Source: Candidatus Micrarchaeota archaeon
GTDB taxonomy: Archaea > Micrarchaeota > Micrarchaeia > Anstonellales > Bilamarchaeaceae
Direction of reading: 5' to 3'
NCBI GenBank assembly: GCA_043827025.1
Contig: JBDRPL010000007.1
Span: forward strand, 1-48,755
Length of the DNA stretch: 48,755 nucleotides
Shown: positions 1 through 9,348 of the stretch, in pieces
Numbering within the stretch: position 1 is the stretch's first letter
How the letters are laid out: every line of letters starts with the position of its first letter
Notes under the pieces: model-generated
What the model saw: the letters and a program-made list of their open reading frames with translations, nothing else
Told to the model about the DNA's origin: nothing
Database searches by the model: none
Program-made: the position numbers and the translations under genes

Positions 1-903
1 AAATCAGGAACTACTGTTACTGCATCTGATAAAGATGGAACAAAGAAATATGCAGATAAATGTGAGGGAAACCTCGTAAGAAGCTATAATTGTGATGGTT
101 CTAATGTAGTTGAAAATCCAGTTGAATGTGAAGCAAACCAATTCTGCCAAAACAGAGTATGCGTTGCAGCAACCTGCGACAACGGAGGAGTAGTTTGTGC
201 AGCAGGCTCGTTCTGTTCAAACGGTCAGTGCGTTGCAGCAAGCTGTGAGGAGTTCGAGGATGGATACAAGGTTATTGAAGTTTCTGCAAGCGGAAGGAAA
301 GAGTATGTAGATACTTGCAATAGTCAGTCAGTAATTGTTGACTATTCCTGCAGCGGTTCAAGGGCAATTCCAACCTATGTGCCAGGCGGCAACGGAAAAT
401 ACTGCGTTAAAGGCAGGTGGGTTGATGACCCAAGCACATGCACTAATTTGGACAATGGAATAAATGTGAAAAACCAGAGCTGGGGAAGCAGAGATTATGC
501 GAATACCTGCGATGGAAACAGGATTGTTGGTTCGTATGTAAACAATCCAGCTTACACGCTTGTATGCGGACCAAATGGTGGATATGAACGTGTTGAAATT
601 GCCCAAAGAGACTGTGGGGCTTTAGGTCAAGTCTGCTCAAATGGAGCATGCGTTTCTCTAACCAGACAATGCAATGTCTTGGACGCAACATCGATCGAAT
701 TAACAAATGTCACAGCATCAGGAGAAGTAATTAACTCTCAGGTTTTGCGAGATTCATGCTGGAGTAGAAACGGTCCTGCATTCCATCTTGTTTGTGATCC
801 GGAACGTGAAGTAAAATGGAACGTACGAGAAACCCAGTGTGATGCAGGACAAATATGTAACGGCGGGGCATGCGTTTCTATTGCACAAAACGAAAGCCAA
901 TAA
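1..903 (+). CDS. Cys-rich repeat protein, probably extracellular (5'-truncated by window)
   Basis: Frame 1 is open from base 1 (KSGTTVTASDKDG...) into the listed 379..903 ORF; recurring modules like D.C.G..+..Y.C and C..G..C.NG.CV. Confidence 0.75.
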   Translation, partial: KSGTTVTASDKDGTKKYADKCEGNLVRSYNCDGSNVVENPVECEANQFCQNRVCVAATCDNGGVVCAAGSFCSNGQCVAASCEEFEDGYKVIEVSASGRKEYVDTCNSQSVIVDYSCSGSRAIPTYVPGGNGKYCVKGRWVDDPSTCTNLDNGINVKNQSWGSRDYANTCDGNRIVGSYVNNPAYTLVCGPNGGYERVEIAQRDCGALGQVCSNGACVSLTRQCNVLDATSIELTNVTASGEVINSQVLRDSCWSRNGPAFHLVCDPEREVKWNVRETQCDAGQICNGGACVSIAQNESQ

Positions 904-950
904 CTTCTTTCTTCTTTTTTATTTCTTTTTTCTAATTTTTCTATTTTCCC
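904..950 (+). terminator. T-rich archaeal-type terminator tract
   Basis: Several T5-T6 runs immediately after the stop at 903. Confidence 0.45.
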
Positions 951-954
951 AACC

Positions 955-964
955 TTTTTATATA
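955..964 (+). promoter_or_regulatory. TATA box for exosome operon
   Basis: TTTTTATATA about 100 nt upstream of SBDS ATG. Confidence 0.4.
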
Positions 965-1060
965 TTACTCTTGAATATAATAACGGAAGAGATGGAAACC
1001 GAGGGTGTTGACCCTGAAGCTGTTTCTATATAATCATAGAATAGTTGAGGCGTTTAATGA

Positions 1061-1753
1061 ATGACTACGCTTGATAAAGCGATAATCGCATCATACGAGA
1101 AGAATGGCAAGAGGTTCGAAATATACGTCGATCCTGACAATACCTATGCCTACGTCGAGAAAAGGAAACCAGACCTAAGGAACATCCTTGTAGCTGAAGA
1201 AGTATACTCAGATGCTCGAAAGGCAGAAAAAGCCAAGGCAAGCGATGTGGAAAAAATATTCGGAAATTCCGATATCATGAAAATATTAGAATTCATTCTC
1301 AAGAACGGGGAGGTTCAACTCACAACTGAACAAAGGAAAAAGAAGGTTGAAGAGAAAAGAAAGCAGATAATAGAAACCATTCTAAGGGAAGCCATTGACC
1401 CAAGAACCAATGCACCACATACACTTCACAGAATAGAAACAGCAATGGAACAGATAAAAATTGCTATCGATCCTTGGAAGGATGCACAGGAACAGCTTCC
1501 AAATATAATAAAAGAAATGAGGCCTATACTTCCATTGAAGTTCGAAAAGATAAAGATAGCCATAAAGGTTCCGGCAGAGTTCGCGCATAAGTGTTATGGA
1601 ACCATCAAGAACTATGGTATAACGCAGGAGCAATGGGCAAATGACGGAAGCTTCATGGCAGTGATCGAGATATTCGGCGGTCTGCAGGGCGAATTATATG
1701 ACAAGCTCAATAAGCTGACGAACGGCTCGGTGCAGACGAAAATAGTTCCATAA
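1061..1753 (+). CDS. Ribosome maturation factor SBDS/Sdo1
   Basis: GKRFEI, DARKAEKA, VQLTTEQR, DPRTNAPH motifs; position before rrp4. Confidence 0.96.
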   Translation: MTTLDKAIIASYEKNGKRFEIYVDPDNTYAYVEKRKPDLRNILVAEEVYSDARKAEKAKASDVEKIFGNSDIMKILEFILKNGEVQLTTEQRKKKVEEKRKQIIETILREAIDPRTNAPHTLHRIETAMEQIKIAIDPWKDAQEQLPNIIKEMRPILPLKFEKIKIAIKVPAEFAHKCYGTIKNYGITQEQWANDGSFMAVIEIFGGLQGELYDKLNKLTNGSVQTKIVP

Positions 1754-1827
1754 ACGAATGAAAAATTTTAACAGAAATTTAAATGAAAAAACAGAAATAA
1801 TTGAAAAATTATATTGAAGGTGAAAAA

Positions 1828-2424
1828 ATGAAAAGGATTGTAATGCCTGGAGACAGGTTATCGGAAAAGGAAGTAGACGTTCCAAACACCTATATTGAAA
1901 ACGGCTCAACGTATGCCGAGGTAGTTGGAGTAATGGATGAAGAAGAAAGATACACTCCTCTTGAAGTGAAATATATCGCAGGAATTGAGGATGTAGTTGT
2001 CGGAGTGGTCGTAGGCTCAAGAAGCGTAGGGTATTCAGTTGACCTGAAAGTAGGCTATCCTGGATTCATACCCTCAAGAGACCTCAGGGCAAGACTTGAG
2101 ATAGGAGATATGATAGTCGGAAAAGTCAAAAATATAAGCGACTCGGGAGACATAGATCTTTGCAACATAAGAAAGCTCCCGAATGGAAAATTAGTCACAT
2201 TCCCGACTGCAAAAATACCTAGGTTAATAGGAAGGAAAAGCAGCATGCTGACTCTTATCAGAGACGCAGTAGGCGGCGAGATAGTGGTAGGAAACAACGG
2301 GTATGTCTGGATAAGCGAACAAAGCGACATCCCTAGGTTTATGAAAGCAGTTGAATTGATAATAGAAAAGGCTCACACATCAGGACTTACAGACCAGATA
2401 GCAGAGCTTCTCAAGAGGAGATGA
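1828..2424 (+). CDS. rrp4: Exosome RNA-binding cap protein Rrp4
   Basis: IVMPGD N-terminus, S1 domain, KH motif PRLIGRK, VGNNGYVWI; ATG at 1828 follows GAAGGTGA. Confidence 0.93.
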   Translation: MKRIVMPGDRLSEKEVDVPNTYIENGSTYAEVVGVMDEEERYTPLEVKYIAGIEDVVVGVVVGSRSVGYSVDLKVGYPGFIPSRDLRARLEIGDMIVGKVKNISDSGDIDLCNIRKLPNGKLVTFPTAKIPRLIGRKSSMLTLIRDAVGGEIVVGNNGYVWISEQSDIPRFMKAVELIIEKAHTSGLTDQIAELLKRR

Positions 2425-3167
2425 TTATGGCAAGTTCAACACCAACAAAACAATTGATAATAAATGGAAAAAGGCTTGACGGAAGGACAGCTGAGGATAT
2501 AAGGCCCTTGAAAATACAGGCAGGCGTACTAAAAAATGCAGATGGTTCAGCTCTGGTGGAATGGGGCCTTAACAAGGTAATCGTGGGAGTCTATGGACCA
2601 AGAGAATGTATTCCAAGACACCAGGCAAATCCCTTCAAGGCAATCATAAAAGTAAAATATGCCATGACCCCCTTTGCATCCAAAGAAGAACATGGAAGGG
2701 CAGGGCCTTCCAGAAGGAGCACAGAAATCTCAAAGGTAATCAGAGAGGTTTTCGAGCAGATAATTGATGTCTCCAGATTCCCGAAGACTCAGATTGAAGT
2801 ATATATCGAAATTCTTCAGGCACACGGTGGCACAAGAGTCACTGCCATAAACGCAGCAGCAGTTGCGCTTGCAAATGCAGGCATCCCGATGAGAGACATG
2901 GCCTGCGCGATTGCAGGAGGAAAGGCAGAAGGACAGATAATACTCGATTTGGCAAAAGACGAGGACAACTTTGGACAATCAGACACTGCGATTTCACTGT
3001 CTCACAGGGACAAGGAAATTCTTCTATTGCAGATGGACGGGCTTCTTACCAAAGAAGAAATAATACAGATAGTTGAAATGGCAGAAAGGGCAAGCGACAA
3101 GATACATGAAGAGCAGACAAAAGGGCTTGTAAATTTCTACGAAGACAAAGGAAAGACCGAATGGTAG
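2421..3167 (+). CDS. rrp41: Exosome core exoribonuclease Rrp41
   Basis: RLDGR, NADGSA, VYGPRE, RRSTEIS, GGTR, DLAKDED RNase PH motifs. Confidence 0.96.
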   Translation: MIMASSTPTKQLIINGKRLDGRTAEDIRPLKIQAGVLKNADGSALVEWGLNKVIVGVYGPRECIPRHQANPFKAIIKVKYAMTPFASKEEHGRAGPSRRSTEISKVIREVFEQIIDVSRFPKTQIEVYIEILQAHGGTRVTAINAAAVALANAGIPMRDMACAIAGGKAEGQIILDLAKDEDNFGQSDTAISLSHRDKEILLLQMDGLLTKEEIIQIVEMAERASDKIHEEQTKGLVNFYEDKGKTEW

Positions 3168-3965
3168 GTGTTCAAGATGGCAGATGAATTAGTTGAAACA
3201 ATAGTATCAAAGAATAGGAAAAAGATAATCCTTGCTAACTTAGAGAAAGGAATGAGGCTTGATGGACGTACTCCTGAACAATTCAGGAACATCGAGATAA
3301 AGAGAGGGGTAATGCCTCATGCAGACGGTTCTGCACTTGTGGAGCTTGGCAAGACAAAGGTGCTTGCAGCAAACAAGATAACCATCGACAAGCCTTTCTC
3401 TGATAGGCCTGAAGAAGGTATCATGATGTACGGCGCTGAGTTTGTGCCAATGGCCCATCCAAATTTCGAAAGCGGCCCTCCTAACGAGGACTCTATTGAA
3501 TTGGCAAGGGTTGTTGACAGAGGAATAAGAAGCGCAGAATGCATTGATACCAAGTCATTCTTCATTGAAAAGGACAAGGTTCTTGCTTTGTTTGGAGATT
3601 TGTGGGTTCTTGACCACTGCGGCAATTTGATTGATTGTGCATCCATTGCAGCCATAAGCGCATTGATAGACACAAAGATACCTAAGATCGAGAACGGAGT
3701 CCTGAATAGGGATAAAATTGACAGGGAATTGAACCCAAAGGCACTTCCTGTTTCAACTACGTTCGTAAAGATTGCGAACTACTGGCTTGTTGATCCTGAC
3801 ATCGAAGAGGAATCGTGTGCAGATACCTGCATATGCATCTCGACAACAGAGGAACACGTCTGCTCGATACAGAAGAGAGAGGGTTCGCTTAGCAAACAGG
3901 AACTTTCAGACTTGATAGAACTTGCTTTTAAAACAGGCAATGACATCAGACGGTTCTTATATTAG
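3168..3965 (+). CDS. rrp42: Exosome core protein Rrp42
   Basis: RLDGR, ADGSALV, FESGPP, IELARVVDRGIRS, GNLID. Confidence 0.96.
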   Translation: MFKMADELVETIVSKNRKKIILANLEKGMRLDGRTPEQFRNIEIKRGVMPHADGSALVELGKTKVLAANKITIDKPFSDRPEEGIMMYGAEFVPMAHPNFESGPPNEDSIELARVVDRGIRSAECIDTKSFFIEKDKVLALFGDLWVLDHCGNLIDCASIAAISALIDTKIPKIENGVLNRDKIDRELNPKALPVSTTFVKIANYWLVDPDIEEESCADTCICISTTEEHVCSIQKREGSLSKQELSDLIELAFKTGNDIRRFLY

Positions 3966-4048
3966 TTTTTTATTTTTTAACTTTTTCTAATTTTTCTCCA
4001 TCTGTGTTAAACAGTGGGATTTTAAATATATCTACTCAATAAAACATC

Positions 4049-5155
4049 ATGACTCACAGTTCAACTATGATTAGCAGGCCAAAATCGCCAAACCAATTGA
4101 CAAGAGGCTCAGCATTAAGGCCAATGGCAATGGAAAACAGGCCATTCGAAAAATGGCTTCTTGAAGCAAATCAACAGGGCCTTGTTCTTGCATCATTCAG
4201 AAGAACAGAAGAATCTGCACTGCTAGCCGAGGTAATACTAACTGGCAAGAGAAAACAAAAAAAGGCAGAAATTCTCAGGCTAAACGAACAATTTAGAAAT
4301 GCAGTAGAAACAAGTGTCCTTGAAATAGAGCAATTGTCAGCTAACGGTGTGCCAAATGAGAAACTTCCAGCGGTTTTAAAATTTGAAGCATGGTTCGCAG
4401 ACGCAGTTCAACATGGAACAGTGCCTGAACATTTAACAGGGCCTGGGGAAAAAGGGCGCATACGAGGCGAAATTCCACTGGGCCTGGATACAGAAAACAG
4501 TATTGAACTTGATTTATGGACCGGGACGATGGTTGCTTTTGTTGAGCCTGGCAAAACATTTGGAGAAGTAGCAGAAGTCAGTTCAGACCCATTCGGCAAG
4601 ATGATTAGATGCACTAACCAAAGCAACGGAACAACCTGGGAGTTTTTTTTACCCCCTAGATATAAAAATGCAAAGGATGCAATTCTCGTTCTCGAACATC
4701 CGAATTACGAACTTGCTATGCAAGGGAATAGAAGAATAATCCTGCCAAGAGATAGAAACATTGCACATATATCTCTGGTCAATGGATTCCTCGACTCTAG
4801 CGGACAATCCACTGATTCGATAAATGGTTTACCTATTGATTTGGCAACTGGGTATTCATATATGGCCAGAGGCTCAAATAACAAAAGAGTTGGTCCTTTG
4901 AGATTGAAATTAGAGGCAGGCATGACACTTGCCCCTAGAGTCGTAGATGCCTCTGAAGCTGCAGGAATGCTTGTTGAAACCAGTGGCAATCCACAGGGAG
5001 AACACGACCAACTCGTAGAACTTGGAAGATACCAACAAAGCCTGGAAACAACATGTAAACTCGGACCCGGAGCACAAACACACTTTGATATTGATGACGT
5101 GCCTAATGAATCAGGCAGGCAATTCAGCGGTCCTGGAATAAACCCGGAGAGATAG
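4049..5155 (+). CDS. Hypothetical protein inserted in exosome superoperon
   Basis: 368-aa ORF with upstream T-tract and TTTTAAATA; no certain family. Confidence 0.75.
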   Translation: MTHSSTMISRPKSPNQLTRGSALRPMAMENRPFEKWLLEANQQGLVLASFRRTEESALLAEVILTGKRKQKKAEILRLNEQFRNAVETSVLEIEQLSANGVPNEKLPAVLKFEAWFADAVQHGTVPEHLTGPGEKGRIRGEIPLGLDTENSIELDLWTGTMVAFVEPGKTFGEVAEVSSDPFGKMIRCTNQSNGTTWEFFLPPRYKNAKDAILVLEHPNYELAMQGNRRIILPRDRNIAHISLVNGFLDSSGQSTDSINGLPIDLATGYSYMARGSNNKRVGPLRLKLEAGMTLAPRVVDASEAAGMLVETSGNPQGEHDQLVELGRYQQSLETTCKLGPGAQTHFDIDDVPNESGRQFSGPGINPER

Positions 5156-5208
5156 AGATTATAAATCTTCCTATTTATTATAATAAGGTTTTTACTTGGT
5201 GAATCAGT

Positions 5209-5445
5209 ATGAGGTCTAGCAAATTTGGAGCGAAAAACAGAAAAAAGATAGATGCAGCACTTAAGACGAAGAATGCTCTTTACGAATGCAGAGACTGTGG
5301 CAAGAAAAAGGTCCGCAGAAAATCATTTTCACAATGGGAATGCAGGTCATGCGGAAAGAGATATGCGGGTGGAGCATATACGCTTAAGACTGACGCAGGC
5401 ACAGTTGCAGAAAGGCTTATTGGTGAATATCATAAAACAGGGTGA
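5209..5445 (+). CDS. rpl37ae: 50S ribosomal protein L37Ae (eL43)
   Basis: FGAK.RK, CxxC...WxCxxC, AGGAY; synteny. Confidence 0.95.
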   Translation: MRSSKFGAKNRKKIDAALKTKNALYECRDCGKKKVRRKSFSQWECRSCGKRYAGGAYTLKTDAGTVAERLIGEYHKTG

Positions 5446-5450
5446 GATGA

Positions 5451-5588
5451 ATGGCTGAATATAAAGACTTGAAAACAGGAACTCTTGTGAATATAGATAC
5501 AGACAAAAAATTCCAATTCCCTTCAACTGGAGCGAAGATATTGCTAAAGACCAGACCACCAATTGCAAAGGAACTCAAAACTGATTAG
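5451..5588 (+). CDS. rpoP: RNA polymerase subunit P (Rpo12), cysteine-free variant
   Basis: Hand-translated, not in ORF track: MAEYKDLKTGTLVNIDTDKKFQFPSTGAKILLKTRPPIAKELKTD; GGTGA upstream; canonical position after rpl37ae; RpoP-like ILLK.RPP tail. Confidence 0.85.
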   Translation: MAEYKDLKTGTLVNIDTDKKFQFPSTGAKILLKTRPPIAKELKTD

Positions 5589-5592
5589 AAAC

Positions 5593-5853
5593 ATGTTTAC
5601 GACAAGCAGGTATGCCTCGAAAGAGACAAGGAAGTTCGCAAAGGAACTTGCAAAGTCATCTGATTCGGCATATGCCTCGAGAGGAAAAAAACGAATAAAA
5701 TCTCTTGTCGAATTCGCAAGGAAAAGGGGCGAGCACCGCATATGCGTTGTTCTAGAAAGGAATAAAAAACCAATCAAGATTAGTTTTATAGAAGTCAAAC
5801 CGGATGGCAAATGGGTTTGGCTACCAGAGGAGATTGAAGTAAATGAAGCATGA
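5593..5853 (+). CDS. Short Brix/Imp4-like domain protein
   Basis: TTSR..S..TR.FAK.L and RGKK motifs; position between rpoP and pcc1. Confidence 0.8.
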   Translation: MFTTSRYASKETRKFAKELAKSSDSAYASRGKKRIKSLVEFARKRGEHRICVVLERNKKPIKISFIEVKPDGKWVWLPEEIEVNEA

Positions 5854-6091
5854 GCTTAGCTTGTCAGTGGAATTCGATGACAAGAAAATGCTGGAATCTG
5901 CATACCAGACCCTGAAGGATGAAAAGAATCCTGGAAGGGCAGAATGCATAGTTTCAAAAAACGAAAATTCGATAATAATCAGGATAAAATCAAAAGATGC
6001 GACATCTTTGCGCGCATCTGCAAATTCATATTTACGTGATATACAGGTAATGGAAAATTTGAGGTGTATTGATGGCAAGCAAAATGAGTGA
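5843..6091 (+). CDS. pcc1: KEOPS complex subunit Pcc1
   Basis: I.SKD..SLRASANSYLR motif; synteny. Confidence 0.85.
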   Translation: MKHELSLSVEFDDKKMLESAYQTLKDEKNPGRAECIVSKNENSIIIRIKSKDATSLRASANSYLRDIQVMENLRCIDGKQNE

Positions 6092-6413
6092 TCCGGAATT
6101 CGAGAAGAAACTTATTGAATACGAAAGTGCAGAAAAGCAGTTGCAGATGGTACTTTTGCAGAAGCAGCAAATCCAGATGCAATTAAACGAAATAAACCTT
6201 GCTAATGAGGAATTAAAAAAGGCAAAGGGCGATGTTTACAAGTCAATTGGTTCCATTATGGTAAGAAGCACAAGAGAAGATGCAGAGCAGGACCTCAAAG
6301 AAAAGAAGGAGCTGTTCGAACTCAGAATGAACACACTGAACAAACAGGATGAAAAACTCAAGGAAACTCTTACTGCAATGCAGAAGGACTTACAGGCAAG
6401 GATGCAGAAATAA
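6069..6413 (+). CDS. pfdB: Prefoldin beta subunit
   Basis: Coiled coils flanking VYKSIGSIMV hairpin; synteny; start may be a few codons later. Confidence 0.93.
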   Translation: MMASKMSDPEFEKKLIEYESAEKQLQMVLLQKQQIQMQLNEINLANEELKKAKGDVYKSIGSIMVRSTREDAEQDLKEKKELFELRMNTLNKQDEKLKETLTAMQKDLQARMQK

Positions 6414-7345
6414 TGTCTGAGTTTAACCAATTTTTTTCTTTAAACAAGAACAAGAGATTCGCTATCTGCACCCATGCAAAGGCAGATGTTGATTCTTTGG
6501 CTTCGGCCTATGCGCTTTCTCAGGTTTTCCCTAATTCAATTGTTTGCACTTCAGAGGATATGAACCTTGGTGCAAAGCTTCTTTCTGAAAGGATAGGAAT
6601 AAGGTCAAAACCAATTGAGGAAATGAGACCAAGTGATTTTGACGGACTCATTGTTGTTGATACTTCCAGTTATACTCTGCTTCCGGATGCCAAAAGATGG
6701 GACATCAAACTGATGATAGATCATCACAGGGCAGAAGGACGAGATATGAAGGCAGAAACGATGATCTTGGATGAAAACTCGCCATCGAATTGCGAGATAA
6801 TTGCAAATCTTTTGCCAAATGAATCTATAACTAAGGAGATGGCATTTGCCATATGTGTTGGTATAATAGCAGATGGCGCACGCTTCAAGTCTGCAAGGCG
6901 CGAGACTTTTGAGACACTTGCACGGATGATGAAGATTTGTGAAGCGAGATACGATGAACTAATACATTATGCAGAGCCTCCGAACGAGAATGAGACCAAA
7001 TTGGAGATGCTCAAAACACTTGAGAAAATGGAGCATATTATTTGCGGCCCATATATTGTGATTACAAGCATAGGCGAGACAAAAGAAGGAGATACTGCCT
7101 CTTTATTGTCAGAAATAGGAGATGTTGCCTTTATTGCTTCATGGAAGAGGGACAGAAAGGAGACAAGAGTTTCTGCAAGAGGCAATAAAACGCTTAAAGT
7201 CAAATTAAACGAAGTTATGAAAGAGGTCGGCACCTATTTCGAAGGAGATGGCGGAGGCCATTACAAGGCAGCAGGCGCGTCATGCAAGGCAAAGCCAAAG
7301 GAAGTATTGAAGAAGTGCATTGATGTTTTTATAAGCAAACTGTAG
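6413..7345 (+). CDS. DHH/DHHA1 phosphoesterase
   Basis: H..AD.D, VVDT, IDHH, GGGH..AAG motifs. Confidence 0.93.
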   Translation: MSEFNQFFSLNKNKRFAICTHAKADVDSLASAYALSQVFPNSIVCTSEDMNLGAKLLSERIGIRSKPIEEMRPSDFDGLIVVDTSSYTLLPDAKRWDIKLMIDHHRAEGRDMKAETMILDENSPSNCEIIANLLPNESITKEMAFAICVGIIADGARFKSARRETFETLARMMKICEARYDELIHYAEPPNENETKLEMLKTLEKMEHIICGPYIVITSIGETKEGDTASLLSEIGDVAFIASWKRDRKETRVSARGNKTLKVKLNEVMKEVGTYFEGDGGGHYKAAGASCKAKPKEVLKKCIDVFISKL

Positions 7346-7352
7346 TGATCCA

Positions 7353-7724
7353 ATGCAAACCCTTGAAGCGATGATTGCTTTTCTTTTCCTGATCCTGATA
7401 GTCTCTGCCATATATGTAAAGCCTGCTGAAACCGAGACTGCGCTTTACAGATATGCGCTTGCAGATGACATCTGGAAGACGCTTGAGGTGCGGGGTGACC
7501 TCAGGGACTTCTCATTCACCTATCCTTTCAGCGCCATACCTGAGGCCAGATTAATGGCAGACCTTGAAGAAATAGGCCAACAAACTAATATGTGCATCGG
7601 CTTTGTGGAAGAAGATATTGCAAACTGCCGTGATAATCAAGAGAATGCAGTTTTCATTGAAAAGACGCTTATTGCTGATGGAAAACCAAAGAAAATGACG
7701 CTTTTTGTAAGCAGAAAGGAGTAG
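7353..7724 (+). CDS. Hypothetical membrane-anchored protein (pilin-like N-terminal helix)
   Basis: MQTLEAMIAFLFLILIVSAIY hydrophobic N-terminus followed by soluble domain. Confidence 0.65.
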   Translation: MQTLEAMIAFLFLILIVSAIYVKPAETETALYRYALADDIWKTLEVRGDLRDFSFTYPFSAIPEARLMADLEEIGQQTNMCIGFVEEDIANCRDNQENAVFIEKTLIADGKPKKMTLFVSRKE

Positions 7725-7781
7725 AAATGACCAAAACCGCTCTACAACGGTATCAGAGTTAATAGTGCCGAATTCGATAAT

Positions 7782-8558
7782 ATGAATATGGGAGAACCGC
7801 CTACAACTTACGACTTAGTGAATAATTCGTGGAAATCCACCACGAACATAATATTTGGCGAGACTCCCGGCGAGATGAAAGAGTATGATGCCTACTTGCG
7901 CGAACCATTGGTTGGAAAGTCTGTCGAATCCTTCCTTTCAGGAAAAGATGTTTTTGTCACTTCAATGCAATACGACCCAAAATCAAGGTTCTTCGATTAT
8001 GAAGCAGATATGAAAAGCGCAGAATCTATTCTTTCCAAACCAATAGACATCAACAAGATAAAAGATATTGATTCGCTTTTCGAAGCAGTACAAGAAAAAA
8101 TAATCTACAGCGGAAACAAAATCCTTGGCAATTCACACTATGTCGAGAACTCAGATAGCGTCACTGACAGCAATTACGTCTTCAATTCATCCATGGTATT
8201 CAGCGCGAAATACATTGCATATTCATATATGATGAGGAAAACAGAGTATGGATTTGCATCAACCTGCACGGGGGACAGCACAATGACCATACGTTGTTTT
8301 TACAACAATGCCATAAGAAGATGCTTTGAATGCATTACAGTTGCGAGCGCATCGGATTGCTTTTTCTGCCATAATCTTCTTGATTCTGCAGATTGCATGT
8401 TCACATTCAATAAAAGAGCGACAAGAAACATGATTGGAAACATTCAATTGACAAAAGAACAGTATGTTAAACTGAAAATTAAGCTTGTAGGCGAAATTGT
8501 TGAGGATCTTAAGGTCAAAAAAAGGGCAATGTCCCTATTGAACCTCATGACAAAATGA
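7782..8558 (+). CDS. Cys-rich repeat protein, subtype A (array copy 1)
   Basis: WKSTT.IIFG, SGKDV, PIDINKIKDIDSL, YSGN.ILGNS, MIGN..L. Confidence 0.85.
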   Translation: MNMGEPPTTYDLVNNSWKSTTNIIFGETPGEMKEYDAYLREPLVGKSVESFLSGKDVFVTSMQYDPKSRFFDYEADMKSAESILSKPIDINKIKDIDSLFEAVQEKIIYSGNKILGNSHYVENSDSVTDSNYVFNSSMVFSAKYIAYSYMMRKTEYGFASTCTGDSTMTIRCFYNNAIRRCFECITVASASDCFFCHNLLDSADCMFTFNKRATRNMIGNIQLTKEQYVKLKIKLVGEIVEDLKVKKRAMSLLNLMTK

Positions 8559-8571
8559 ATGGGTTGATTAG

Positions 8572-9348
8572 ATGGTATGGGAAGAACTAGAGGATGAATT
8601 TACAAAAACCTGCAAACTTCTGCTCGGGACAGAACTCACAGGACTTGATGAATACGGCCCATGGCTTGGAAAAAGAGTACCATTGCCATATCCTGTAAAA
8701 TCAACAATAAGCGGAAAGGAGGTCTGGGTGGCACCACCATCCAATTTTGCAGGCATGAAATTCTCAAACGTCATATCCTATGATGAGATGGAATATGCAA
8801 ACAAAAGCCCTTTTGGATATGAGGATATAAAAAATTCTGGCATGAAAGAGGTTTTTCAGAACGTAATGAAGCCAGTATCACATTTCACCGGGAATTTCAG
8901 GTACAAGAACTATGAAAACGTGGATAAATGCAGTGGCGCTGGCGCTGGAAGAAACCTGTATTATGGAGAGGACCTTTTCATAGACATAAAGAATGCGGCA
9001 TACTCGAATTATGCGATGTTCTCGACAAACATATTCGGTTGCCATAACGTCCCATATTCCCAGTTCTGCATCCATTGCTATAATTCTGTTAACCTAACCA
9101 GGGCATTCGAATGCGACGGGTGCTACCATTCCAGTGACATCCTTTTCTGCCATAACTCGGAAGCATTGAGCAATTGCATGTTCTGTTTCAACACAAAGAA
9201 CAAGAGGTATGCAATAGCAAACGTTGAGGTTGGAAGAGAAGAATACTTGAGAGTAAAGAAAATTCTACTGGACTACATTGGAAAAGAACTAAAGGAGAAG
9301 AAATATCTTGAAACAGATATTTACAGCATAGCAAAACAGGTGTTTTGA
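8572..9348 (+). CDS. Cys-rich repeat protein, subtype B (array copy 2)
   Basis: SQFCIHCYNS, FCHN.E.L.NCMFCFN.K.KRYAI.NVEVG. Confidence 0.85.
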   Translation: MVWEELEDEFTKTCKLLLGTELTGLDEYGPWLGKRVPLPYPVKSTISGKEVWVAPPSNFAGMKFSNVISYDEMEYANKSPFGYEDIKNSGMKEVFQNVMKPVSHFTGNFRYKNYENVDKCSGAGAGRNLYYGEDLFIDIKNAAYSNYAMFSTNIFGCHNVPYSQFCIHCYNSVNLTRAFECDGCYHSSDILFCHNSEALSNCMFCFNTKNKRYAIANVEVGREEYLRVKKILLDYIGKELKEKKYLETDIYSIAKQVF

